Positions 49,483 through 60,244 of a stretch of 64,000 nt of DNA are shown here, one piece after another (position 1 is the stretch's first letter; each line of letters begins with the position of its first letter). Origin of the DNA: an uncultured delta proteobacterium (GTDB taxonomy: Bacteria > Desulfobacterota > Binatia > Binatales > Binataceae). A model generated the notes under the pieces. The model had not been told where the DNA came from. It ran no database searches and worked only from the letters and a program-made list of their open reading frames with translations. Location of the stretch: NCBI GenBank assembly GCA_963794325.1, contig CAWCDG010000004.1, positions 928,001 through 992,000 of the forward strand, in the 5' to 3' direction. A program made the translations under genes and the position numbers.

Positions 49483-50514
49483 ATGTCAGGTCGCAAATTG
49501 AAATTTACCTACGCGCTCGCCGCCATCGCGATTGCGGCGAGCGTTACTTTCGGCGCTCGCGCCGCGCGCGCAGCTCAAATCACACTGCTTAACGTATCGT
49601 ACGATCCGACTCGCGAACTCTACGAAGCTGTCAACGCGCAGTTCGCCAAGGATTGGAAAGCGAAGACCGGCGACGACGTCACCATCGACCAATCGCACGG
49701 CGGCTCGGGCAAGCAGGCCCGCGCCGTGATCGACGGCCTCGAGGCCGACGTCGTGACGCTCGGCCTCGCGGGCGACATCGATGCGATCGTCGAGAAGGCC
49801 GACTTGCTGCCGCCAAGCTGGCAATCGCGCCTGCCCGACAACAGTTGCCCCTACACTTCGACCATCGTGCTGCTGGTGCGCAAGGGAAATCCGAAGAACA
49901 TCAAAGATTGGGATGACCTGGTGAAGCCGGGCATTTCGGTAATCACGCCGAATCCGAAGACCTCAGGCGGCGCGCGATGGAATTTTCTCGCCGCGTGGGG
50001 ATACGCGCTGAAGAAGAACGCTGGCGATGAGGCCAAGGCGGCGGCGTTCGTCGGCGCGCTCTACAAAAGCGTGCCAGTGCTCGATTCCGGCGCGCGCGGC
50101 TCGACCACTACTTTCGTCGAGCGCGAAATCGGCGACGTGCTGATCGCGTGGGAGAACGAGGCGCGGATGGCGATCAAGCAATTCGGCCCCGACAAGTACG
50201 AGGTCATCTATCCGTCGATTAGCGTCCTGGCCGAACCTCCGGTCGCATGGATAGACAAGGTGGACCGCCGTCACGGCACGGCCGCTATCTCGAAGGCATA
50301 CCTGGAATTTCTGTACACGCCGGCGGGACAGGAAATAATCGCGCAGAATTTCTTCCGTCCACGCGACAAGACCGTCGCCGCGAAATATGCAAGCCAATTC
50401 CCGAGCTTGCCGATGCTCACGATCGATTCCGATTTCGGTGGATGGAAACAGGCGCAGCCGAAGTTCTTCGCCGACGGCGGCGTCTTCGACAAGATCTATC
50501 AGCCGGGAAGTTAA
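49483..50514 (+). CDS. sbp: Sulfate ABC transporter substrate-binding protein
   Basis: [34 protein letters not shown]. Confidence 0.95.
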   Translation: MSGRKLKFTYALAAIAIAASVTFGARAARAAQITLLNVSYDPTRELYEAVNAQFAKDWKAKTGDDVTIDQSHGGSGKQARAVIDGLEADVVTLGLAGDIDAIVEKADLLPPSWQSRLPDNSCPYTSTIVLLVRKGNPKNIKDWDDLVKPGISVITPNPKTSGGARWNFLAAWGYALKKNAGDEAKAAAFVGALYKSVPVLDSGARGSTTTFVEREIGDVLIAWENEARMAIKQFGPDKYEVIYPSISVLAEPPVAWIDKVDRRHGTAAISKAYLEFLYTPAGQEIIAQNFFRPRDKTVAAKYASQFPSLPMLTIDSDFGGWKQAQPKFFADGGVFDKIYQPGS

Positions 50515-50517
50515 GCG

Positions 50518-51358
50518 ATGGCAGTGAAGGCGAAAACGAAAACGGACCAACGTGCTGCCGGGATTCGGCCTGACGCTGGGCTTCACCCTCGCCTACCTCG
50601 GGATCGTCGTGCTGATTCCGATCTCGACGATCTTCTTCAAGACCTTCACCCTGACCTGGCCTCAGTTCTGGGCCGCCGTCGCAAGTCCGCGCACCATCGC
50701 GGCGTATAAGCTGAGCTTCGGCGCCTCGATCGCGGGCGCGTCGATCAACTCGGTTTTCGGTTTCATCGTCGCGTGGAGCCTGGTGCGCTACGAGTTTCCC
50801 GGCAAGACGCTGATTGACGTGATGGTCGACCTGCCGTTCGCTCTGCCAACTTCGGTGGCGGGAATTACTCTCACCGCAATTTACGCCGGCAACGGATGGA
50901 TCGGGGGCTATCTCGCTCCGATTGGAATCAAAGTCGCTTACACGCCGCTCGGAGTGATCGTCGCGCTTACCTTCGTCGGACTGCCGTTCGTCGTTCGCAC
51001 GATCCAGCCGGTGCTCGAGGACCTCGATCAGGAGTACGAAGAAGCGGCGGCGACGCTGGGCGCGAGCCGCCTGCAGACGTTCATTCTGGTGATCGCCCCC
51101 GCGCTGATTCCCGCGTTGCTGACCGGATTCGCACTCGCGTTCGCGCGCGCTCTGGGTGAATACGGCTCGGTGGTTTTTATCTCGGGCAACATGCCGATGC
51201 ATACCGAAGTGGTGCCGCTGTTGATCATGAGCAAGCTCGAGCAGTTCGACTACGCCGGCGCAACCGCGATCGCGGTGGTCATGCTGACGGCGTCGTTCGC
51301 GATCCTGCTCGGTATCAACGTGCTGCAAAGGTGGAGCAGCCGCCGCCTGGCGGCCTGA
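50518..51358 (+). CDS. cysT: Sulfate ABC transporter permease CysT (likely one extra A in 50533-50543; in-frame part starts 50552)
   Basis: LPGFGLTLG, VDLPFALPTSVAG, FARALGEYGSV. Confidence 0.93.
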
Positions 51359-51367
51359 CGGTCCTCA

Positions 51368-52243
51368 ATGGCCAGCGAGTCGCCTAAGAAACCCGGAACT
51401 GCGGATCCGCCCGCGGTCAGAATCGCGTTGATCACGATCGCCGTGGTGTTCGTCGCGCTTTTCATTTTCATCCCGGTCATCGCCGTCTTTACCGAGGCGC
51501 TAAAGAAGGGGCTCGGCGCATACTTCGCCGCGATTACGGATCCCGAAGCACGCGCCGCGATTCGCCTTACGCTGATGACCGCGGCAGTCGCGGTACCGCT
51601 CAACGTCACGTTCGGAATCGCCGCATCATGGGCGATCGCGCGCTTCGATTTTCCCGGCAAGCAAATCATCCTGACGCTGATCGATATTCCGTTCTCGGTC
51701 TCGCCGGTCATCGCAGGCATGCTGTTCGTGCTGCTGCTCGGCGTGCGCGCGCCGCTTGGCGGATGGCTCGCGGATCACAATATAAGGATCATCTTCGCTG
51801 AGCCGGGAATCGTGCTCGCGACGATCTTCGTCACGTTCCCGCTCGCGGCGCGCGAACTGATTCCCATCATGCAGGCGGTCGGCAGCGAGGAAGAGGAAGC
51901 CGCGATCGTATTGGGCGCCGGCGGATGGCAGATGTTCTTCCGCGTGACGATCCCCAATGTCAAATGGGGCCTGCTGTACGGGATGGTGCTGTGCAACGCG
52001 CGTGCGATGGGCGAGTTCGGCGCGGTCTCGGTAGTGTCAGGGCATATCCGCGGGCATACCAACACGATGCCGCTGTACATCGAGATTCTGTACAATGACT
52101 ACCAATTCGCCGCCGCGTTTGCGGTTTCATCGCTGCTAACCCTGCTCGCAATCGCGACGCTCGTCGCCAAGTATTACCTGGCGCGCCGCGTAATCCCGGC
52201 GAAGCAGGAACCCGACGACCTGGCGGTTAAAGTCGCTGCATGA
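51368..52243 (+). CDS. cysW: Sulfate ABC transporter permease CysW
   Basis: [37 protein letters not shown]. Confidence 0.95.
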   Translation: MASESPKKPGTADPPAVRIALITIAVVFVALFIFIPVIAVFTEALKKGLGAYFAAITDPEARAAIRLTLMTAAVAVPLNVTFGIAASWAIARFDFPGKQIILTLIDIPFSVSPVIAGMLFVLLLGVRAPLGGWLADHNIRIIFAEPGIVLATIFVTFPLAARELIPIMQAVGSEEEEAAIVLGAGGWQMFFRVTIPNVKWGLLYGMVLCNARAMGEFGAVSVVSGHIRGHTNTMPLYIEILYNDYQFAAAFAVSSLLTLLAIATLVAKYYLARRVIPAKQEPDDLAVKVAA

Positions 52244-53310
52244 GTATCGAGCTCAGAAACATCAGCAAGAAGTTCGGCGACTTTGTTGCGGTTGACAATA
52301 TCAACCTGCACATCGAAACCGGCGAGCTGGTTGCGCTGCTCGGGCTGTCGGGCTCGGGCAAGACCACGCTGCTGAGAATAATCGCGGGCCTCGAGACGCC
52401 GGACAGCGGCGAGGTGCTGTTCCATGGCGAGGATGCCAGCGCGGTCAGCGTTCGCAAGCGCAAAGTCGGTTTCGTCTTTCAGCATTACGCGCTGTTCCGC
52501 CACATGACGGTGTTCGAGAACGTCGCCTTCGGAATGCGCGTGCTGCCGCGGCGCGAACGTCCCGCCGAGGCCGAAGTCGCGCGACGCGTGCACGAGCTGT
52601 TGAAACTCGTGCAGCTCGACTTCCTGGCCGACCGCTATCCCTCGCAGCTCTCCGGCGGACAGCGCCAGCGCGTCGCACTCGCACGCACGCTCGCCGTCGA
52701 GCCGAAAGTGTTGCTGCTGGACGAGCCGTTCGGCGCGCTCGATGCCAAGGTGCGGCAGGAACTGCGTCGATGGCTGCGGCGGCTTCACGACGAGATCAAA
52801 ATCACCAGCGTCTTCGTCACTCACGATCAGGAAGAAGCGCTCGAGCTCGCCAACCGAATCGTTGTGATGAACCAGGGGCATATCGAGCAAATCGGCTCGG
52901 CCGAGGAAGTCTATCACCATCCCGCCAACGCGTTCGTGTACAACTTTCTCGGCAACGTGAATCTGTTCCACGGCCGAATCGAAAACGGCCGCGTGTTCAT
53001 CGGCGACACCGCCGTCGAGCTCGAGAACACCCACGTGCATGCGCATCCCGAAACCGGCAAGGCGGTTCTCTACGTGCGGCCGCATCTGCTGGAAATCGTG
53101 CTGCGGCCGAACGGCAAGCAAACCTTCCCCGCGACCGTGAAATCGATTAATCCGGCGGGGCCGCAAGTCAAAGTCGAGCTGGTCGCCGAATGGGGCGACC
53201 TGGTGCAAGTCGAAATCAGCCACGAGCGCTACGAGACCCTGCACCTGCAGACCGGCGCAAACGTGTTCCTGAGACCCAAAGAACAGAAGCTGTTCGTGTA
53301 TCAGATTTAG
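52240..53310 (+). CDS. cysA: Sulfate ABC transporter ATP-binding protein
   Basis: [47 protein letters not shown] domain. Confidence 0.95.
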   Translation: MSIELRNISKKFGDFVAVDNINLHIETGELVALLGLSGSGKTTLLRIIAGLETPDSGEVLFHGEDASAVSVRKRKVGFVFQHYALFRHMTVFENVAFGMRVLPRRERPAEAEVARRVHELLKLVQLDFLADRYPSQLSGGQRQRVALARTLAVEPKVLLLDEPFGALDAKVRQELRRWLRRLHDEIKITSVFVTHDQEEALELANRIVVMNQGHIEQIGSAEEVYHHPANAFVYNFLGNVNLFHGRIENGRVFIGDTAVELENTHVHAHPETGKAVLYVRPHLLEIVLRPNGKQTFPATVKSINPAGPQVKVELVAEWGDLVQVEISHERYETLHLQTGANVFLRPKEQKLFVYQI

Positions 53311-53347
53311 CCGCCCCTCTCTTTCTGCCGGACATGTTGCGTCTCGA

Positions 53348-53377
53348 TTGACATTTTGTCGCATAGGATGCTACAGT
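53348..53377 (+). promoter_or_regulatory. higBA promoter with operator palindrome; likely leaderless transcript
   Basis: TTGACA-N18-TACAGT; TGTCGCAT-AGG-ATGCTACA; ATG only 7 nt after -10, no SD. Confidence 0.6.
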
Positions 53378-53384
53378 TCAAGCA

Positions 53385-53660
53385 ATGATCAAGAGCTTCC
53401 GGCATAAGGGGCTCAAAGATCTGTTCGAAACCGGACGCAGCGCACTGCTCCCGCCTCAATTGCGGAAACGATGCGCTAACTTACTCGAAGTCCTCGATGA
53501 AGCAGAGAATTTGAATGACTTGTCGGGGCCAGGATTTGGAACCCACCCGCTGCATACAAAGCCGCCTCGATACGCGATGTCAGTGAATGGACCGTGGCGG
53601 ATTACTTTTCAATTTGAGTACGGCAACGCGCTGCTGGTCGACCTGGAGCAGTACCACTGA
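53385..53660 (+). CDS. higB: HigB-type toxin
   Basis: MIKSFRHKGLKDLF...SVNGPWRITFQF...VDLEQYH. Confidence 0.92.
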   Translation: MIKSFRHKGLKDLFETGRSALLPPQLRKRCANLLEVLDEAENLNDLSGPGFGTHPLHTKPPRYAMSVNGPWRITFQFEYGNALLVDLEQYH

Positions 53661-53679
53661 GAAGAAAGGAGTCTGGTAG

Positions 53680-54006
53680 ATGAAGCGGGAGTATGCCGTT
53701 GATCGCGAGAAGGTCGCCGCGCGCAGGCCGATTCATCCCGGTGTTATTTTTGCCGTGGAGGTGATGCCCGAGCTGAGGCGGCATCGGACGATTGGTGAGA
53801 TTGCCACGCTGCTCGGCGTGAGTCGTCAGACTTTGCATCGCGTGATGGTCGGCGACATCGCCATCAGCTCCGAGATGGCCGTTCGGCTGGGCAAGCTATG
53901 CGGCAACGGGCCGGGAATCTGGATCAGGCTGCAGGGGCGTTACGATACCTGGGAGGCTGCGCGCCGGCTTGGCCGTCGGCTCGAGAAGATACCGACCCTG
54001 GCCTGA
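53680..54006 (+). CDS. higA: HigA-type antitoxin
   Basis: PIHPG, LGVSRQTL, ISSEMAVRLGK, WIRLQ..YD. Confidence 0.92.
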   Translation: MKREYAVDREKVAARRPIHPGVIFAVEVMPELRRHRTIGEIATLLGVSRQTLHRVMVGDIAISSEMAVRLGKLCGNGPGIWIRLQGRYDTWEAARRLGRRLEKIPTLA

Positions 54007-54065
54007 CTGAGAAGGCCGCAGCGATTGGGAACCGCGCGGGCTTCGAAGCTGTTTTCTAATATGCG

Positions 54066-54728
54066 ATGATCAAGACAAAGGATCGAAAGTTGGCCGAAAC
54101 TGCTGGTAATTCGAATAGTCAGAGCACGCGCATCATCGGGCGGCGGGCGTTCGTCGCCGCAATCGCGGCGATACCCGCGATCATCGCATTCGGTTACGCT
54201 GAAACCGCTCGCACCTCGGATGCATCTCATGATTCGCCGGATTCGGGCGCCTCGGGTATAGTCAAAGTATCGATCGTTGAGTTCACCGATGCCGGCAAGA
54301 GAAAGGGACTCATCATGGAAGATAAAGTCGTCAAGACTGACGAGGAATGGCGCAAGGAGCTGAGCCCGGAGCAGTTCGAGGTCACGCGCAAAAAAGGCAC
54401 CGAGCGGCCGTTCCAGAACCTGTACGCCGAAAACCACGACAAGGGTCTCTATCGATGCATCTGCTGCGGCAACGCGCTGTTCAGCTCCGACACCAAGTTC
54501 GAGTCGGGTACCGGATGGCCGAGCTTCTACCAGCCGATCGCCCCTGAGAACGTCGAGACCAAAACCGACCGGTCATTTTTCATGAAGCGGACCGAGGTGA
54601 TGTGCGCGAAATGCGACGCACATCTCGGCCACGTGTTTGAAGATGGTCCGCGCCCAACCGGACTGCGTTACTGCATGAATTCCGCGTCGCTAAAGTTCAT
54701 CAAGTCTGACGAGCCGGAGAAGACCTGA
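54066..54728 (+). CDS. msrB: Peptide-methionine (R)-S-oxide reductase with Tat-like N-terminus
   Basis: [39 protein letters not shown]; GRRAF signal. Confidence 0.95.
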   Translation: MIKTKDRKLAETAGNSNSQSTRIIGRRAFVAAIAAIPAIIAFGYAETARTSDASHDSPDSGASGIVKVSIVEFTDAGKRKGLIMEDKVVKTDEEWRKELSPEQFEVTRKKGTERPFQNLYAENHDKGLYRCICCGNALFSSDTKFESGTGWPSFYQPIAPENVETKTDRSFFMKRTEVMCAKCDAHLGHVFEDGPRPTGLRYCMNSASLKFIKSDEPEKT

Positions 54729-54780
54729 TAAAACGTGTCTGATGATTCAGCCCGGTATGCGCTTTCATCTTCCCGAAGTC

Positions 54781-56646
54781 TCAGTGATACCATAGGTATG
54801 GGATGCCGGCGTCCATCAACGCGCCGGTCTCCACGTAGTTGAAGGAATGTACCCACACGTTCCCTGAGTGGTCCACCGCCATGGTGCCATAACCCGGCAC
54901 CGTCAGAGTTCTAGATTTGCGATAATTCATCTCGCGCGCGAACTCTATAACTTCAGCCTTCGGTTCCGCAGCGACGGCCGTCCAGACATTTCCTTTGCTA
55001 TCGACTGCAACGCCATAAGGGCGACCGTCGACTGGATACGAGATCTCTTTCGTGTAGGCCTCGGATTTCAATAGCTGCACGACTCGATTCTGAGGGCAAC
55101 CTGCAGCCGCTGCCCAAAGGTTCGCCGACGAATCAAACGCGAGCGCAAAAGGACTACCTTTGATTGTGTAGGACCGGCTGACATCGTAGTTGGATCGAAC
55201 CGAAAACTCGATCAGATTGGATTCAGAATGATCAAAGTCGGTAACCCAGAGATTATTCGATGGATCAAAGGCGATACCCAACGCCCGTCCGAAGGTACGC
55301 AACTTACGCGCAACTGAGTAGCCTTTCTCTCGTGCAAGCTGGACTACGTCGTATCCCGAAAAGCTACCCGTCAGCCACAGGTTACCATAGGAATCAATCG
55401 CTATTCCGTACGGTCTCCCAGGTACGCTGAAAGTCCGCTTTGTGTCGCCCGACGGAAGAATCTCCAGTACATTGTCAGTATCCGGCTTTCCGTTGGCTAT
55501 CCACAAATTTCCAGAGTTGTCGATGGTGACTCCGTAGGGCCGTCCCGTAACGACCAAAGCTTGTAGCTGCGAATAGGCAGATGAGGCAACCAGCTTCGTT
55601 ACATCCTCCGGCCTGAAAGTAGCCGCGTATCCGAAACCGCCCATCGAGTAGGGGACGTTCTTGAAGGGGCTGGTGGTCCATACGTTATCGTCTCGATCAA
55701 CAGCTATACCAAAGACACGCCGTGGGATCGTGAAGGTCTTCCGTTGCGAAAATTTTGAGTCCTTGGTCAGCTCGATGACACGATTCTGGGCGAACCACAA
55801 ATCTGGCGCGGCCTGTGTCAGGACCCAGAGATTGTCATCGAAATCCAACGTGATCGTCGCAATATCGGGCTGGGCAGCCAGGATATTGGGGCACAACAGG
55901 CCCCGAGCGGTTTTCGTCAATTCAACCAATGAATTTTTCTGGTCGGTTGACGCCAGTAGAATGCCAGTACGACTTATGACGAGTTGTCGTACTGCGCAAG
56001 CCACCGAAAGTGTCTCCGCGTGGGCGTAATTTTCTCTTCTGGACAGCTTCAGTACTTCCCGCTCAAGATCATTTGTAAAGTTGAACAGACTTGGTATCCA
56101 GATGTCGCCCGAGCCATCCAAGGTTAGATCGAGAGGAACACTGCCGCTCGTAACTGTGAAATCAATTTCCTTCTCATAGGACGTTGCTCTAACTAGTTCT
56201 CTTACCCGCTTGGTAGCCCAAGGAGAATTTAAGGCTCCCGACAGTGCGAAAAGATTCCCTTGGTCGTCGAAAGCGAAACCGCCCGGGCGCTCTGAAGGCA
56301 TAAACCGTCTGAATTGACGGTAGCTCTTGGAGGCGAGTGCTTGCACCAGTCCCGCTCCTACCCCAGAGCTCCCTCCGCTGATCCAAAGATTGTTCTCAGG
56401 ATCGAATTTGATTTTCTCGACAGAGGTTATATCCGGAGGCAAAGAGATTTCCCGACAATTCGAATACACCGTCGATGCCAGAAATTCGACCTCGCTCGTC
56501 CCCGGCCAATACGCCATGTAAGAAGTAGAAGCTGCGTCACCGCGTACGTTCCCGACCAATAAGCAAAGTATCAACGGCAGCAAAACTGTGCGGATTGCCG
56601 CCGGGGCGGTGAAGCTCCCGCGATGACAAATGGTCAGCTTTCCCAT
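54781..56646 (-). CDS. Exported NHL/Vgb-like beta-propeller repeat protein, lower GC
   Basis: Recurrent P.GIA.D..GNLW unit about every 45 aa; N-terminal hydrophobic signal. Confidence 0.75.
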   Translation of the reverse strand: MGKLTICHRGSFTAPAAIRTVLLPLILCLLVGNVRGDAASTSYMAYWPGTSEVEFLASTVYSNCREISLPPDITSVEKIKFDPENNLWISGGSSGVGAGLVQALASKSYRQFRRFMPSERPGGFAFDDQGNLFALSGALNSPWATKRVRELVRATSYEKEIDFTVTSGSVPLDLTLDGSGDIWIPSLFNFTNDLEREVLKLSRRENYAHAETLSVACAVRQLVISRTGILLASTDQKNSLVELTKTARGLLCPNILAAQPDIATITLDFDDNLWVLTQAAPDLWFAQNRVIELTKDSKFSQRKTFTIPRRVFGIAVDRDDNVWTTSPFKNVPYSMGGFGYAATFRPEDVTKLVASSAYSQLQALVVTGRPYGVTIDNSGNLWIANGKPDTDNVLEILPSGDTKRTFSVPGRPYGIAIDSYGNLWLTGSFSGYDVVQLAREKGYSVARKLRTFGRALGIAFDPSNNLWVTDFDHSESNLIEFSVRSNYDVSRSYTIKGSPFALAFDSSANLWAAAAGCPQNRVVQLLKSEAYTKEISYPVDGRPYGVAVDSKGNVWTAVAAEPKAEVIEFAREMNYRKSRTLTVPGYGTMAVDHSGNVWVHSFNYVETGALMDAGIPYLWYH

Positions 56647-56662
56647 ACTGACGTGTCTACCG

Positions 56663-57124
56663 TCAGCGACTCGCTAGCTTCCACTGAATCAGAGTGAAGC
56701 CTTCTGGGTGGTCCTCGAAGACGGCCTCCACCGGGGCGTCGAATTCGATTTCGCGTAGCGGGTCGCCTAGGAGGTTACCGACCATTCTTATGTTGCCGGC
56801 GTCGGGGAGTTCTACCACTACTACTATGTAGGGGCAGGCGGATTTTAGCGCGGGATGCGCCGGGTGCCAGACGCGCTCCCAGCTGTAGATGCGACCGCGG
56901 CCGGAGACGCGATGCCATCCGAGGTCGAGGGTGTGGCACTTGTGGCAAATCCATTCGGGGCCGAATTGAAACGTGCCGCATGAATTGCATTTCTGCACGA
57001 CCAGCTCGTGACGCTTCGCGGCTTCCCAGAATTCGCGATCCAATCCGTCGCGCGTCGGCTCGGGCGCGGGCATTCCGGCGGGCAGGTAGGTTTTGATTTG
57101 CTCGTCGTTCGGCATCGCGATCAC
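56663..57124 (-). CDS. DUF35 Zn-ribbon/OB-fold protein
   Basis: FWEAA, CNSC, CHKC, GRGRIYSW, PYIVVVVEL. Confidence 0.92.
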   Translation of the reverse strand: MIAMPNDEQIKTYLPAGMPAPEPTRDGLDREFWEAAKRHELVVQKCNSCGTFQFGPEWICHKCHTLDLGWHRVSGRGRIYSWERVWHPAHPALKSACPYIVVVVELPDAGNIRMVGNLLGDPLREIEFDAPVEAVFEDHPEGFTLIQWKLASR

Positions 57125-58290
57125 CTGCGCAGGATCAGATCGCTCACCGGCGCGACCATCGGGCCCGACACCACCATCGAAATCTCAGCGTCCTTGACCT
57201 GGCACGTCGACGTTCCCCGGACTTGCCGCGCCGCTTCGATGATCAGTTCGAGGCCGTGCATGTAGCATTCGGCGAGGTTCCCGCCGCTGGTGTTGATTGG
57301 CAACTTGCCGTTGGGCGCGGTCAGATTTTCGAAGGTGCAGAAATCCATCACCTCGTCGGGATGACAGAAGCCGTGCTCGACGATACTGGTCATCACGGCG
57401 CCGGTGAAATTTTCGTACACCTGCGCGACATCGACGTCGCGCGGTTCGATTCCCGCCATCGCGTACAAGCGCGGCGCGAGCGTCTTGAAGTTGGAGGTCG
57501 CGTAGTCGGGTCCATTCTCAGCCGCCGCGCCCTGGCGGTAGTCGGAGCCCTGCGCCGACGCCATCACGTATGCCGGGCGCTGCTTGAGATCTCGCGCGCG
57601 CTCGGCGCTGGTAACGATCACGGCCGCTGCGCCGTCGTTCTCGAGACAGCAATCATAAAGATGAAACGGCTCGACGATCCATCGCGACTCGTCGTATGCC
57701 TGGCGCGTGAGCGGACGGCCGTACATTATCGCGCGCGGATTGGATTGCGCATGGTGATAGCAGGCCATCGCGATCGCGGCGAGCGGGTCCTGCGTGATGT
57801 GGTGATCGTGCATGAAGCGGCGCGTGCGCAGCGCGATCCATTGCGCGGGCGTGGACATCCCGTACGGCCAGGTGTACGCGATGGGGCCGGAAATCGCGCG
57901 CATCGGCGGTGTCGCACCGAAGCGGCCGAACTGGCCCTGCGCCAGCGCTCGATATACGACCACGCACGTCGCGAATCCGGCGACGATCGCAGCGGCGGCG
58001 TTGCCGATCGCGCCTGATCCTCCACCACCGCCGCCGCCCCAGAACATGTTGGTGAAGCGCAACTCGGGCAGTCCGAGCGCGGTCGCGACGCGAACCGAAT
58101 CGTTGCGGTCGTTGCTGTACGATGCGATACCGTCGATCGCGGTGACGGGCAGCCCACAGTCATCGGCCGCGCGCTGAATCGCTTCGAGCGCGAGGCGAAA
58201 CTCGCTGACGGGAGCGCCGCCCCGCTTGTAGTAGGTGGTCTCGCCGACGCCGGCGATCGCAGTCTTGTCCTTGATTGTGAATTCGCTCAT
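57121..58290 (-). CDS. Thiolase-like (SCP-x/lipid-transfer) protein
   Basis: AIAGVGET, YDCCLENDGAAA, YENFT, NTSGGNLAE, EAARQVRG. Confidence 0.9.
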   Translation of the reverse strand: MSEFTIKDKTAIAGVGETTYYKRGGAPVSEFRLALEAIQRAADDCGLPVTAIDGIASYSNDRNDSVRVATALGLPELRFTNMFWGGGGGGGSGAIGNAAAAIVAGFATCVVVYRALAQGQFGRFGATPPMRAISGPIAYTWPYGMSTPAQWIALRTRRFMHDHHITQDPLAAIAMACYHHAQSNPRAIMYGRPLTRQAYDESRWIVEPFHLYDCCLENDGAAAVIVTSAERARDLKQRPAYVMASAQGSDYRQGAAAENGPDYATSNFKTLAPRLYAMAGIEPRDVDVAQVYENFTGAVMTSIVEHGFCHPDEVMDFCTFENLTAPNGKLPINTSGGNLAECYMHGLELIIEAARQVRGTSTCQVKDAEISMVVSGPMVAPVSDLILRR

Positions 58291-58367
58291 CGTGCGCCGC
58301 TGGTGATCGGCTTAGCGAAACGCGCGCAAGATTCCAAGCGGAATCGACGCTATACTCGACGGCCGGT

Positions 58368-58931
58368 ATGGAAAATAGCGACATGCTGATCGACGCACGG
58401 AACTATTGCGTCGATGCGACGATGCTCGACGGCGCTTCAATCCGCATTCGGGCGATTCGGCCTGACGATCAGGAGCGCCTCCACGAGCACTTCAGAGGGC
58501 TTAGCGAGAAGTCTAGCTATTTTCGATTTATGGGCATCAGGCGCGATCTGTCGCCGCAGGATCTAAAGCGTCTTACCGAGCTGGATTTCAAGAATCACGT
58601 CGGGCTGGCCGCGACGCTGACCGAGAATGGTCGCGAGCGGTTTATCGGCGTCGGCCGTTACATTTGCGGCGACGATCCGCATCGCGCCGAGGTCGCGTTC
58701 GCGATTCTTGACGGATACCAGGGCCGAGGTATCGGCACGTTGCTGCTCGATCATCTCAGCCGCATCGCCGATGCGAACGGCGTCACGGAGTTCGAGGCCG
58801 ACGTGCTCGGCGAGAATCGCCAGATGCTCGAGGTATTCGCGCACAGCGGCTTCAAGAGCCATCGCTCTTTGGATTCGGGCGTCGTGCATCTCCGTTCCCC
58901 GACCAGCAAGAAGTTGAAAACACAGGTTTAG
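58368..58931 (+). CDS. GNAT family acetyltransferase (Pat-type domain)
   Basis: IRAIRPDD, SYFRF, AEVAFAI..YQGRGIG, ENRQML. Confidence 0.88.
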   Translation: MENSDMLIDARNYCVDATMLDGASIRIRAIRPDDQERLHEHFRGLSEKSSYFRFMGIRRDLSPQDLKRLTELDFKNHVGLAATLTENGRERFIGVGRYICGDDPHRAEVAFAILDGYQGRGIGTLLLDHLSRIADANGVTEFEADVLGENRQMLEVFAHSGFKSHRSLDSGVVHLRSPTSKKLKTQV

Positions 58932-58962
58932 GCATTCGCAGATCATCGGCGGAGGTCATTCG

Positions 58963-59727
58963 ATGAGTATCGTCGAGTTCGCAATCGAAAACGAAATCGC
59001 AATCGTCACTATCAACCGGCCTGAGGCGCGCAACGCCGTCGATCAACCGACGGCCGCAGCACTCGCCGACGCCTTCCGCCGCTTCGACGCCGACGACGCA
59101 CTGTCAGTCGCGATCCTCACGGGCGCGGGCGGGACGTTTTGCGCAGGCGCGGATCTGAAGGCGGTCGCGACCAATCGCGGCAATCGCGTGACCGAAGACG
59201 GCGACGGGCCGCTCGGATGCACGCGGATGCTGCTCAGCAAGCCGGTGATCGCGGCGGTCGAAGGATTCGCGGTCGCCGGCGGAATCGAGCTCGCGCTTTG
59301 GTGCGATCTGCGCGTTGCTGCGCGCGATGCGACTTTCGGCGTTTATTGCCGCCGCTTCGGAGTGCCGCTCTGCGATGGAGGCACGATTCGCCTGCCACGC
59401 CTCATCGGGATGAGCCGCGCGATGGACATGATCCTCACAGGCCGCGGCGTCTCAGGCGAAGAAGCGTTCACAATGGGCCTCGCGAATCGCGTCGTCGATC
59501 CGGGCACCGCGCTGGCGCACGCGCGCGAACTCGCCAAACAGATCGCAAGCTTCCCGCAGCGATGCATGCGCGGCGATCGCATGTCCGCCTACGAAGCGTG
59601 GACGCTCCCACTAGATGACGCGCTCAAGAACGAATACCGCTACGGCATCGCAACGGTCAATTCAGGCGAGACGCGCGCGGGCGCGGAGCGGTTCGCATCG
59701 GGGGTCGGAAGGCACGGGAAGTTCTAG
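58963..59727 (+). CDS. Enoyl-CoA hydratase/isomerase (crotonase family)
   Basis: NRPEARNA, FCAGADLK, KPVIAAVEGFAVAGGIELAL. Confidence 0.93.
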   Translation: MSIVEFAIENEIAIVTINRPEARNAVDQPTAAALADAFRRFDADDALSVAILTGAGGTFCAGADLKAVATNRGNRVTEDGDGPLGCTRMLLSKPVIAAVEGFAVAGGIELALWCDLRVAARDATFGVYCRRFGVPLCDGGTIRLPRLIGMSRAMDMILTGRGVSGEEAFTMGLANRVVDPGTALAHARELAKQIASFPQRCMRGDRMSAYEAWTLPLDDALKNEYRYGIATVNSGETRAGAERFASGVGRHGKF

Positions 59728-59750
59728 GACGGTGAAGAACTTGATTAAAA

Positions 59751-60051
59751 TGAAACCCACGGTGGGTTTCAAACTTCCTTCGGCAGGGTTAAACCCTGCA
59801 CCTTGGAATTAAGAAAGAAAGATGCGGGACTTCGTCCCTGTTAGAACTTTTTTTGGTGTCATTCTTGAGCGAAGCGAAGAATCCCGGTTCTTGTTTTACG
59901 TCGCCAAGTAAGCGGCTGGCGACTAAGTCGCCACCGCGGGAAAGGTCTCCCAACTAAGTTCGAACAGGGACGAAGTCCCGCATCCTGCTCTTAATACTGG
60001 GTGCAGGGGTCACCCCTGCCGCGGAAGCGTGAAACCCGCGAAGGGTTTCAC
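59751..60051. repeat. Nested inverted-repeat element with multiple internal palindromes
   Basis: Arms 59751-59849 and 59956-60051; innermost 29 bp match 28/29; centre holds a GTCATTCTTGAGCGAAGCGAAGAATC REP-like unit and a TGGCGACT-A-AGTCGCCA palindrome. Confidence 0.8.
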
Positions 60052-60244
60052 TACAATCAAGTTCCTCCCGCCCGCTGTGGGGGCCATTGTGTCGCTTCGC
60101 TGATTCGTGTAACCTCCGGCCAAGTCAATCGTGACTTTATGCGCGCGTCGGATTCCGTGACGCCACCCTCTCAACTCATCAGACCCATAAGTTCGGCATT
60201 TTCTTCTGAACTGGAATCCGGGGTTCTGAACCATAGGATTCTAT

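Noticed and set aside
52339-52365. CysA Walker A reads GLSGSGKT rather than GPSGSGKT
   Set aside because: A single substitution at a variable position (CTG vs CCG); motif still fits GxxGxGKT and may be a read error
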